From the NCBI GenBank assembly GCA_043228905.1, contig JBHGNT010000011.1, positions 10,416,001-10,480,000 on the forward strand: DNA of 64,000 nucleotides, given 5' to 3'. A program made the translations under genes and the position numbers. The notes beneath the pieces are model-generated. The model did not search any database and had not been told where the DNA came from. It was given only the letters and a program-made list of their open reading frames with translations. This document shows, one piece after another, positions 36,753 to 49,200 of the stretch; position 1 is the first letter of the stretch; every line of letters starts with the position of its first letter. The DNA comes from Azolla caroliniana (taxonomy: Eukaryota > Plantae > Polypodiophyta).

Positions 36753-37061
36753 TTGTAAAGAAATGGAGAGTGTAGCTGATCTTGTGTAGCGGAAGGAAAC
36801 TCTGTGTGTGACAAACACACACACACACACACATAGAGAGAGAGAGAGAGAGAGAGAGAGAATAAGAAGTTGTATTACCAAGAAAATGTTTACAACAAAA
36901 AATACATCCAATCATTAACTAGGTTACAAAAGAGTTGGTTTAAATACCAACTAACTTCGGGCAACTACCCTTTGTACTATTTATAAATCTAGCCTGAACT
37001 AGTGTGCCCATTGCTAGTGTGAAAGCCATTACATTGGGGAACTTGGGTTTGACTCTCAATG
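36753..37061 (-). repeat. 3' LTR of a copia element related to E, with adjacent PPT
   Basis: Shares AATACATCCAA..GGGCAA..GCTAGTGTGAA with the E LTRs; CACCCCTTC tract follows. Confidence 0.7.
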
Positions 37062-40000
37062 CACCCCTTCAAACACAACTTTCGGTTGATGGAAAGTCGT
37101 CTCGCTGTTTGGCTTGTTTTGGTTGTCTGAATTCCTCGGCTCTATGTCAGGATGGTTGGTCAGGTTGACTTTGACTTGTCGACTGGTATATGGGTGAAAC
37201 CATGCGAGTGGAAACAATGCAAAAAACTACCAATGATAAATAGTCATTTTTGCACCATGAATGAAAACATTAGAATGTTTTAATTATATAAATGTGCACC
37301 ATAAATTATATACCGAATTCCTAGGTCCATTATGCACGATCCATTGCCACATCACGTTGTCGTGGGGAAAAACAGCTACAAGAAGAAACGGAAACCAAAG
37401 GCATGTGAACCGCAGCGTGCACAGATGCACACTAATTATAAACTATGCTTGTAAATAACCTCGGACTAGGCTAGGTTGGCGTGATGTAGGAACTTTAATA
37501 GGACAAATAAATCTAGGCGAATCTCTGTTCGAAACGGCAGAGAATAACTACTTGATGTAACAACCCCTCTCTCTCCTTGGTCTATAAAAGGGGGGGCTGG
37601 GGTGCGGGATTTAGGGGGGAGAGTGTTGTCGGACTGAGAACCGAGCACTGTTCTTCGTTTCATTCTTTGCAGGAGTTCTTTACCAAACGCCTCTGTTCGT
37701 GCAGGAAGCCCGTGTGCTCCCGACAGAGGCTCCACATTGTATCTCGAGGTGGGGTGTGCCCGTTGTTGGCTGAGTCGTGGCTTGGCTACCGGCACGCTGG
37801 TTGTAACTTGTTTTTCTTAATTGATTGTGGTTCCCTTTTTCTCTTCTAAGTTACTCTCGCGTCACTCTAGTTTTGTCCGAGCCGGACGAGCTTTGTGTTC
37901 GCGGAACCCAACGTCTTGCACGACGCATGCTCATTGTTTCTCTCCCTCTTCTTCTCACGCTCTGCGGTCCAGGACCTTTGTGGTCCCGCCTTTGTTTCTC
38001 ACGTGAACGTGACGTGAACCTGACGTGAAACAAGTGGTAGAGGAGTGTGAAGATGAGGGGAATTGAACTTGTCGAAGCCATGACGGCAGTTGTAGACGGA
38101 CTGGTGAATGCTCATGAAGGTACGAGTACCCTCGACCCGGCCTCAAAATAATCGTCGGCACAATAGGCCGGTTTGAAGGTAAGAACACGACGAGCTATCT
38201 CAAGGCCTACTGAGCCGAAATAATAATGAGGGAAATTCTGGAGGACAGGAGACTGTCCGGATTCCCTTAGGTGGTGACGCCGAGCATCCACGCGGGGCTA
38301 CTCAAACTATAGGCCAATTGCCAGACTTGGGGGAAGTTCGAAGGGCGGCTCCTCAAGAGGTGCGGGTTCGATGACTCACTTCAATTATCGAAACGGGAAT
38401 TTATGGAATGGGTTGAAAGCCCTAAAAAGGGGAGGAACACGTCGTTGCTCCACCAAGAGTTCGAGAAACGGTTTGATCGTCTCTCAGTGTTAGACAAGAC
38501 CGTGCTTGACACGAGCCGTGTCGTGCTGTTCATGAAGTCCGTGAACGCGTAGGATCGGGAGAAGGTGGGTCCCTTATTGGAGACGAACGATGGGCTCACG
38601 GCCGATTGGGCCGTGGTAAAAAGGGCCTGCAATCATTTCGAAAAACGGTGTGAGTGGAGAGAAGAGGGCCCGTCAGCAGCAGAATAGACAGTGGCAAGGG
38701 AGTTTGAGGAGCCGTTGCTGACACGAAAGGAAGAGACTTGAAGTTGGCTTGAGTCGGGCACGGTCCTGACCGGTGTGGATAAAGGCCCATCCGGGGGTGC
38801 GGCTCTAGAAGAGCTAACACAAATGGTATGCGATCTCTAGAACGCACAGGCTAGGAGAGACAGTGGAGATCAGACGCACAACCGGAGGCCTCCGGACGGA
38901 CAACGATGCATGTGGTGTGACGTGGTCGGCCAGAGCAAAAGAGATTGCGCGAAGTTTACGAAGGAACTCAGAAGCAATGTAGTGTACCTCTCAAATGGGC
39001 GGGAGCACGAGAACGAAACCCGGAAAGCCCTAGAGTTGAATACTGGGTGAGACGGAATGAAGTGGTTGATGGAAGAAGGCGCAGCACGACATGCCAAAGT
39101 CATCCACTATTCGGCGCTAGCTGGGATCCAGGTCAGAAGCAATGGTGGCTAGAAGACGAAGGACTCCGAATTTTGGCCATCGGTGCTAGAAGGCCTCTCC
39201 AGAGTGCGGCTAAGGAAGGAGGATGCAGACTGCAGGGAGAAGTGGGTTTGGGAGGTAACGGAATGGGACGATCCGATTCAAGAGAAGTCCGGTTTCTTGG
39301 AGGCCGCGTGCCAGAACTATAAAGTTCTGGTGGAAGATAAGCGAGCGGGAAAGGGCGGAGGGGCCAAACCCTTTAGCCGGTATGAGACGTAGAGCGCATC
39401 AAAGAGAAATGACGCTAGCGGTCCCGACTCGCAAGAAAGGGTAAAGCAGGCAGGTTACCGGTTAAGCACGGAAATAGAAAGGGCGACAGACTTGCGGAAG
39501 GTCCTCAAGGAATGGATCCTCGACAACAAGGTGGAGTTGTCGTTGAGGGAAGTGCTCGGAATCGCCAAGAAGGAGTTCCACAATTCCATCGTGGACTTGG
39601 TGAAGCGTAAAAGGCTCACGACGAAGTTGGAGCCGAAGAAGCCCGTGGAAGTGCAGACAAGTTGACGGAGAGCCACCATTTGAAGTTCCATTGGGCGAGG
39701 GCTACTATAGAGACCCCCGTCCGGATCGGGGACGTCCAGGAGTCAGTGGTGGTGTTGATAGATCATGGTTCCAAGATAAACTTCATGTCAATGGACTTCT
39801 CCAGAAAGGGGAAATGGTTGATCAACACCAAGCACAGATGGAAGATATACGCGGCCACACGCGTTACGGAGGAACTACACGGAGCATGCCCGAACGTGCG
39901 CGTTAAAATTGGAGACGTCGAGATAGATCAACAATTCTTCATGCAGGAGAAATCTTCGCACCCGGTGATACTCGGCGAACCATACATTACAACGGCCCGC

Positions 40001-43000
40001 ATGGAGACCAAGGTACTGAATAACGGTTCGGCGTACGCACGGGTGAAGAGCCAAGACGGGCGTCACTCCGTCCAATTTTTGACAATACGACCAAACCACG
40101 AGCGCAACCATGAAACCCTCGACAATGATGGCCGAGAGGATTTTTAGAGAGGGCTATCAAGGCATGGGGCCACGATAGTCCGGACACCCCGGAGAAACCC
40201 CACATGTGTACCATAGATAGGAAATTTGGTTCTCCGACAGTGGAGGTTGTACTATAACCGGCGTCAGAGGTCGGGAAAAGAAGCGGGTCGAAGAGCGTTT
40301 AAGGGTGTGCGGTGCCCTTAGCTCTGAAGACGAGATCAACGGTGCCATGGAGGCGGTCTCTTTCAACGAAACCTTTGTAGAGATCGGGAGGGTAGCCGAT
40401 GACAGTGTGAGTGAGGACCGGGGGATTTTGGTCGGTTCTGTGGAAAATGTACCACGTCATTGCGGACTTCGGGGAGAAGGTCGGGTCGGATCGGACGGTC
40501 CGCATAGACACGAGGTACAAGACTGTAGACTAGAAGGTGAGGCCAGTAGTGGAACCCTTGCAGGAGGGCAATGAGTAACGGATGAAGGGGTCGCGTCAGA
40601 CCCAAGTTTGCAGAATTTGGTTGGCATAGGGCATTGGTTCACCGACGAGACGCTACGGGAGCTCAAGATCAGTGGGGCTGCCTTTCTACTATCGGTAGAG
40701 GAGGACACATTTCAGAGGATGCTCAAGAGTGTTGAGTGACAAGCTCAACATTGGGTGACCCAGTGCATAGATTGGGTGCGTAAAACAGTACGCATAACTT
40801 GGCTGTATCGGTGCGTAAACCGAACGGCCGTTGGAGAGATATTCCTCGTAAGGAATAATTTTGGGAGTGAGTGTCATGGCTCATTTATGATCGGTCCAGT
40901 ACTGTTAGTACTTGTGTCAACCCAATTGTCAGGGCTTGTAGAAAAGGTGCTCATTGAGCACAAAGCATGTACAGAACGTCATTATTTTGAAATAGAACTG
41001 AGTTTTTTGCTCTGTCTCTGTCTCTCAATCTCCATCTCCATCTCTGTGTTTTTTGCGTTTATTGAACTGTCTTATTTCCGTACTGTTTATGCACACATAT
41101 TCTTTTACATGGTATCAGAGCATGACGGTTGACGTCCTCTGTAACCAACAAGCAAAGCTTGCGACAAAACAGAGTTGAAGTTGTTCTTCGATTTTTTTTC
41201 GGAAAAGAAAAAGACATCAAAATGGACAGAGGTATGGGAAGCTTGCTACCGACTGAAAACCTCAATAGGAGCAACTACTCACCTTGGTCATACAGGATGC
41301 ACCAGTACCTGCTCGATCACGACAATTGGAGTTATGTTGAAGGAGCTAATGATGTAGCACTCGATTCAACACACAGAGATTTTTCGGCTGGGAACAAGTG
41401 GCAAGCAAAGTTCTCTACTGCTTTGCATCCTGTGTGAGTGACCAACTATTGAGCTATATTCGGGATGCTAAGACGCCAAAGGATGCATGGGCGAATCTCA
41501 AAAAACTACGGCCAGGAAGTTGCAGTTGAGGCAGGAGCTCAGCAATGTCTGACAGAAAAATCTGTTTGTGGCTGATTACACGGCCCGAATCAAGGAAATC
41601 TGCAATTCTCTCGACTCCGTCAACGTAAACATTGAGGAAGATGAAATGTTGCAGGTTTGCCTTGGTGGGCTAGCATCCAAGTTCAGAGCCTTCCGAACGG
41701 CAGTCTGTAAGAGGGAGAATACACCTTCGTTCTTTGAGTTTCAGTCAATGTTGCTCGTGGAGGAAAATCACGAGGGTTCGTCAACGAGTACGGACGCCAC
41801 GACAAGATGTTGTACACGGAGGAAGATAGACCCCGTGGTCATGGTGGACAAGGCGGATCGGCGCACAATGGAGGCCGCCGACAAGAGTAGAACAGGAGGC
41901 ATAATCGAAATGCCGACCGCAGTACTGGACCCTCCACAAGCAAGGGGAGTCATGGCGGAGCCAGAAGCCGGCAAGAGAAGGCCGCGTCGGAATGTTGGTA
42001 CTGTGGCAAGAAAGGCCACAAGGACAGCGAGTGCTGGAAAAAGAGAGCCGATTTGGAGAAAGCCGGATCGACCCGAAGAGATGTAGAGCGGCGTCAGACA
42101 TCGCACTACGTAGAAGGCTCTGAACAAGCCGAAAACAAATCGGGCCCAGCCTTCGTAATGAAGCATAAGGCCGATTCTATGGCCGTGAACACCTCGAAAT
42201 CAAGCGAGGTGTGGTATGTTGATTCTGGAGTGTCAAATCATATGACGAATCACGAGGAATGGTTCTCGTACTTGGAGAAACCGGAATCGCAAGGAGTGGT
42301 CGAAACGGGACATTACACTCCGCATACCATCGAACATGTCGGCGAAGTTCCCCTCTGCCATGTCGGGCAGCAATATTCGTCTTCGGTCTTCTCACCCTTA
42401 ATGGCTTCATCTCCCCCATGCTTGGATGGATTTGGTTCTTTCTTCCGGATGCTCCTCTTATGTCCACTTTCAGACTCTTTCGTAGATCCGCCCTCGGCTT
42501 CTTCAGCCAATCTGAAATCGAATTCTTCATCCGACTTGGCGTCACAGTCTTTTCCTCTCCTTTCCTACTCCCTTCCGTGGTCATCCGGGACATCTCTCCC
42601 CCTCAAGTTCGGCATGTCGAGGTGACGCAACCCAAGCGCACCTGAGAATTGCCACAACTTGTCCAGACCAAGAGGCTTGGTGAAGATGTCGGCGTTCTGC
42701 CGATCCATCGGAACATATTGAAGTTCGAGTTCACCGGAGAGGACACGCTCACGAATGAAATGGTAGTGCACCTCAATGTGCTTAGTCCGGGCGTGGAAGA
42801 CGAGGTTCTTCGATAGATGGATGCTGCTGAGGTTGTCGTAGTAGATTGTCGTTGGATCAGATACCTCCATCTGCAGATCCTTAAGTAGTCGCTTCAACCA
42901 TATGGCTTCGCACGTCGCGACAACCGCTCCTCTATACTCGGCTTTGGTGCTCGACAGCGCAACTGTCGGCAGCTTCTTGCTACTCCACGCGATCACGGCA

Positions 43001-44437
43001 CTCCCAAGAGAGAACTCGAAACCGGACGTGGATCGGTGATCGCCGGCATTTTTGGCCCAATCAGCATCGGTGTAACTAACCAACTGTGCGATAGTATCGG
43101 TTCGATATAGTAGCCCCCGGTCCTTAGTGCCACTGATGTACCAGAGTACACGTTGCGCGCATTAAAGGTGTTCCTCAGTCGGTCGTGCCATGAACTGACT
43201 AATCACCCCGACCGGGTAGCTGAGATCTGGTCGGGTAATGGTCAAGTATATAAGGCTTCCGACAATCTGTCATAAACTCGTCGGGTCGCATACCTTTCCA
43301 GAATCGGGGCGAAGCTTGACAGTTCTATCCAGAGGAGTTGAGACGGACTTACAATCGGCCATCCCAAATTTGAAGAGCATACTCAGCACGTAATGTCGTT
43401 GGTTGATTAGTATGCCTTCGGGGGTGCGGATTACTTTGATCCTGAGGAAGTAATGAAGGTCCCCCAGATCCTTCATGTCGAATGATGCCGCAAGCTGGAG
43501 CTTCACGCAATCAATCTCACCTAGGTCTGCGCCGGTCATGACCAAGTCATTAACATAAAGTAAAATGCTAACCAGCTCGAGTCGACCTTTCCGGATGAAC
43601 AATGAGGAGTCCGATTTTGACGTTGCAAAGCCCATCCGACGCAATCGTTACATGATCTTCGCGTTCTAGGCACGCAGGGCTTGCTTTCGTCCGTAAAGGG
43701 ACTTCTTCAATCGGCACGCCGCTGAAGTGTTCGTTCCAGAGTGAAATCCGGCGGCTTGTACCATGTACACCTGTTCCTCAAGTTCACCTTGCCGAAACGC
43801 ATTCTTTACATCCATCTGATGTAAGTGCCACCCCTTTGCCGCAGCTACTGCAAGCAAAACACAGACGGTCGTCATCTTCGCGACCGGCGCGAACGTCTCA
43901 TCGTAGTCGATGTCGTGTTTCGGTTGACTGAGCCATCAGTGTTGTACTTGACCTTGTACACCCACCTCCATCCGATCGGCTTCAAACCTTTCAGTGCGTC
44001 AACCAGGTCCCAAGTTTCATTCTCTGCCAATGCGCACATCTCTTCCTCCATTGCGGCACACCAATTCGCATCCTTCATCGCTTCTGTGTAGCTCTCCGGC
44101 TCGTGCACTTCCGCTACACGCGTCATGTATGCATAGTGATGTACCATGTACTCGTTGTAACCGAACCGCACAACAGGGTTCTTCTGGTGGGTAGATCAGC
44201 GTAATTGCACTTTCTTTGGAGTCGAACTCGCGTCGATAAGACTCGTTTCTATCCATGCCGTAATCCGACACCTTCTTCTTCCCTTTTTCCTTGCGCGTAA
44301 GTCGTCTCCTCGGCTTCCTACGCGGGGAATGCACGACCGAGTCTCCACTATTCGCCGGCTCTTCATCGGACTAGTTGAACCGACTCAGTCATCCATGTGG
44401 TGCGCTTAACCGAAACAAAATCGAACTTTCTTCGCGG

Positions 44438-45234
44438 TGTCGTGAAGGATTTGCTTCACGATATAAAAATAAACTTGAATATTGTATTAAGTAACATTTG
44501 AGAGACTTGAACCCGTAACCTCACACACCAAGGACGAAGCATATACCATTAGGATAAGTTATTTTCTATAGTTATGTTTTTATCACAATACTTATGACAT
44601 GTGTATCTTCATACATTAGAGCTTAGATGAGCATGATGGCTATCATGCATCACATGTAAAGCATGTGCACCAAATGGCAATCATGCATCACATGCATGCC
44701 ATGCACCCCCATATCATCATATACATGAGAGAACCTATAAAGAGAGGCAAGGAATTAAGGGATGAATCAAGGGAAAACAAGGGCGAATAGTGGAGACTAG
44801 TAATCAATCAATGAAGAGAAAGTTAGAGAAATAAGATGATCAAAGAAACAAATAATAAGTTAGCTTGTTGGTGAAGAGGCTCGTGTTTTCAAGTTGGAGT
44901 CAAGGGTTTGAATCAAGAGTTGGTAGAGAAAGGGTTCATCTTGCTATCAAGCATTGTAAAGTTGGTAAAATCTTGTATTTGTAATATACATCATGTTCAT
45001 ATCATATACTTTAATTCCTTAAATCATACTTTGTCTCTATCTTGCTTCTTGAATCATACATTGTCTCTATCCTTTATATATACTTGTCTCTTTCTCACAT
45101 ACATTACTTTAAACTCTTATTCTTTTTATCCTTAATCTTCCTAACATTTGTGCGCAAGCCTTATAAAAGTTCCTTCAACTCCCCTTAACCTTAGTCCCTG
45201 CGACTTCGCCGCACGAACCACAACTACCCCAACA
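44438..45234 (+). mobile_element. Solo LTR S2 with 4-bp TSD, inserted in Copia J
   Basis: TGTCGTGAAG..CCCCAACA; TSD GCGG at 44434-44437 and 45235-45238; removal restores EPEIGTREESS; TATAAAAG near 44736. Confidence 0.85.
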
Positions 45235-46023
45235 GCGGGTCCCGATTTCAGGCTCATCCGGAGGCATCTCGGCCTGACTGACCTCATCGTCAGAACTCGG
45301 ATTGGAGGTGAGGTCCGGGATCGGAGGCAAGTACCAGGACGTGGACTCGTCAAACACAACATCACAGCTCACGCACTCTTGTTTGGTGCGAGGGTTATAA
45401 CTCTTATAACCCTTATGCTCGTCTGAAAAGCCAACCAAGATACACTTCTCGGCTTTCACATCCAACTTTCTCCGTTTCTCCTTTGGCACATGCACATACG
45501 CAATGCTACCGAAAACTCTCAAGTGTCATAAATTCGGCTTCCTTCCGAAATATTGCTCATGCGCCGACACTTTGTCTCTGATCCGATTCTGGATGTATAT
45601 CGCAGTTTGTACCACCTCGGCCCAATAGAACTTGGGCAAGCTCTTTTCTTCCAGCATTGCCCGTGTCGCTTCCACAATCGACCGATTTTTCCTTTTAGCC
45701 ACACCATTTTGCTCCAATGTATATCTGCAACTAAATTCGTGTCGAATTCCCATCTGTTGCAAATACCCATTGAATTCACCGGAAAAGTACTCTTTTCCGC
45801 CATCTGTTCACAAGCAGTTGATCTTTCTTCCTATTTCCCTTTCGACGAAACTCTTGAGGTCCCTGAAACAGTTGAAGACTTCACTCTTCTTCTCAATGAG
45901 GTAGATCCACGTGTGCCGCATATAGCTGTCGATGAAGGAGACAAAATATCGACTCCCGCCAAGACTAACGTTCTGCACCGGCCCCCATACATCGGAATAT
46001 ATCAAGTCGAGCTTGTTCCGGCT

Positions 46024-46210
46024 CCGGTTACGCTCGTTAGGGAAAGGAAGTCGGTGTTGCTTCCTTTGCTTGCAGGCTTCACAAATTTGCGCCTTCCGGC
46101 CACTAAATTTGGGTAAACATCCGGTTATGCTCGTTAGGGAAAGGAAGTCGGTGTTGCTTCCTTAGCTTGCAGGCTTCACAAATTTGCGCCTTCCGGCCAC
46201 TAAATTTGGG
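46024..46210. repeat. About 97-bp tandem duplication in the Copia J integrase zinc-finger region
   Basis: ccggtta(c/t)gctcgttagggaaagg..ccactaaatttggg occurs twice. Confidence 0.85.
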
Positions 46211-49200
46211 CAATCCGACACCACCTGTTTCGATTGCAGGTCCTCAAGCCGTTGATAGTTGACGTGGCTTATCCGCTTGTGCCATAAGTCGATATCTGAC
46301 TCAACTTTTTGTCCTTTCGCGAACATTGTGGTGCAACCGTCATTAGAGTCGAGGATAATTATCCTCTTGTCTCTGCGCCCTTGCGCAATAACTCGGCCTT
46401 CTTCTTCGATGAAGCACCCGAGATGCGTGAACCGGACTTGCATCCCCTGGTCGACGATCTGCCCGACCGACACCAGATTCTTCGTGATTGTCAGGACATG
46501 TAATACGTTCATGAGTTTCCCTTTCTGCTTGACATGGCTCAGGGGAACTTCACCGACATTCGCAATCGGATGCGGAGTGTCGTCTCCGGTTGCGACTCCT
46601 CCCGATTGCATCGGTTTCTCAAGGTATGAGAACCACTCCTTGTGGCATGTCATGTGGTTTGACGTGCCAGAGTCAACTTACCACACCTCGTCCGATTTCG
46701 GGGTGGACATCTTCATCGAGTTCGCTTCGTGTCTCGTCACGAAGATTGACCCTTTTCCGGCTTTCCCGAACCCTTCAGCGTAGTGCAATCACTGCCGATT
46801 TCCTTTGTCAATTTGTCCTGAGCTTGATCCAGATCCGGTCCTCTCTAAATCGGCGTTCTTCTTCCAGCACTCGCTCTCCTTGTGGCCTTTCTTGCCACAG
46901 TACCAACATTCCGCAACGAATTTCCCTTGCCGGTTCTCGTCGCCTCGACTCCCCCTGTTTCCGGAGGGTCTGGAATTGTTGTCGGCATCACTTTGGTACC
47001 GTCTTCCTTGATCCCGTCGGCCGCCTCCATTGCGCACCGACTCGCCTCGTTTGCCACGACCACGGGGCCTATCTCCCTCCGTGTACAACATCTTGTTATC
47101 GGCGTGTGTGCTCGTCGACGCATCCGCGTGGTTCTCCTCTATAAGGAGCATTGACTGTAGGTTGAAAAACAACGGTGTATTCTCTTGTGTACACACAGCA
47201 ATTCGGAATGCTCCGAACTTCGACGCCAGTCCACCGAGACAGATCTACACCATCTCGCCTTCCTCGACATTCACATTGATAGAGGTTAAGGAGTCGCATA
47301 TCTCTTTGATCTTCGAGGTGTAATCAGCCACCGACAAGTCGCGTTGTTGTAGGTTGCTCAACTCCTGTCGGAGTTGAAGCTTCCTGGCTGTAGTGCTTGC
47401 GGAGAAAATCTTCTTCAGATTTCCCCAAGCATCTTTCGGTGTTTTTGCATCCCGAATGTAGCTTAGGAGTTGTTCGCCCACACAAGATGCGAAGCAGTAC
47501 AATACTCTGCTCACCGACTGTTCCCAAGCCGGGAAGTCTTTGTGTGTCAAATCGGGTGCCGTGTGATTTGCTCCGTCGACATAGCTCTAGTAACCATGCC
47601 CGAGCCGGTGCTAGTGCATCTTGTAAGACCAAGACGCGTAGTTGTTTTTGTCAAGCTTCTCTGTTGGAAGTGAGCTAACCATGCCTCTATCCATTTTGTT
47701 TTTCCTCTTCTTTACGAAGGTTGGGTTTTCTTCTTGAGTTAAGGTCGGCTGCAGAGGTTCTCAACCCTCGCGCTCTGATACCATGAAAAGAATAGCGTGT
47801 GGAAGTAATAGAAAACCGAACATAGAAAATACGCAAGTTTAATGGAGAGCTTGAATATACACAGTACGCCGAATAGACAGAGAGAACACATAGAAAACTC
47901 AATTCAAAATAATACTTAATCTTTGTACATACACCATGCTCAGTGAGCACCTTTTATACAAGCCCTAACAATCGGGCTGACACAAATACTGATAGTACTT
48001 GACCGCTCATAAATGAGCCTACTACACTAACTCCCAAAATTATTCCTTGAGGAATATCTCTCTAACGGCCTCTTCGGTTTTCACACCGATGCGGCCCTGT
48101 TGTGCGTACTTTTTCACGCACCCAATCTACGCACTGGGTTACGTTGCGTATTACGCACCGAATGTTGAGCTTGTCTCTCAACAACACTAATCAAGCCAGA
48201 ACCGCATTATACACGAAAGGACAAAAGGTCGAATCGGATATTGACCTGTGGCACAAGCGGTTCGGCCATGTAAGTTTCCCACGGCTTCGTCAGATGCAGA
48301 CGAAGACATTGTTTTTTGTTTGCCGAAATTTCGGGGCCAAGATAGCCAAGTCTATGAAACCTGTCAGATGGGTAAACAAGACCGACTTCCATTCCCCAAC
48401 GAGCGTAATCCGCTCGACTTGATCCACTCGGATGTGTTGGGACTGGCACAGAACATGCGTCTCGGTGGAACCTGTTACTTTGTAACCTTCATCAACGACT
48501 TCACTCGGCACACATGGGTATGCACGATCGTGACGAAGAGGGAATTCTTTGCATGTTTCCTAAAGGTGAAGAGCCTTGCCGAAAGGGAAATACGATGCAA
48601 GATCAAATGCCTACAGTCCGATGGTAGGAAGGAGTACTTCTCCGACGAGTTCACAAGTTATCTATAGAAGGAGGCAATTCGACGCGAATTCTCGTGTAGA
48701 TACACGCCGCAGTAGAACGGCGTAGCCGAGCGGAAGAATCGGACAATCGAAGAACAGGCCAGACCAATGCTTGAAGAGAAGCATATGCAAAAATTATATT
48801 GGGCTAAAGCCATGAGAATGGTTGTCTACTTGCAAAATCATACTTCTGTTAATGGAGGAGTGTCGCAGCATGAGTTGTACTTCGGAAAGAAGCCGAACTT
48901 GGCACATTTGAGGATTTTCAGTAGCATTGCATATGTGCATGTGCCAAAGGAAAAGAGGAGGAAGTTGGACGCCAAAGCCGAAAAAGTGCATCTTAGTCGG
49001 CTATCCAAACGAGCAGAAGGGGTATAAATGTTATACCCCCGAACAAAGGAAGTATGCGTAAGTCGAGATGTCGTGTTCAACGAATCCGCTTCGTGGTACT
49101 TGCCTTCACCTCCAACTCCTTATGACTCAATTCCGAATTCTGAGGACGAAGTAAACGAGGCCAAAATGCCTCCGCACGATGAAGAAATCAGAGGTCTCAG

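Larger units (their letters stand above)
42371..48183 (-). mobile_element. Copia element J (related to I), opposite orientation, 3' LTR deleted
   Basis: 5' LTR 47784-48183; PBS 47772-47783; gag, PR, INT, RT and RH remnants on the minus strand. Confidence 0.9.
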
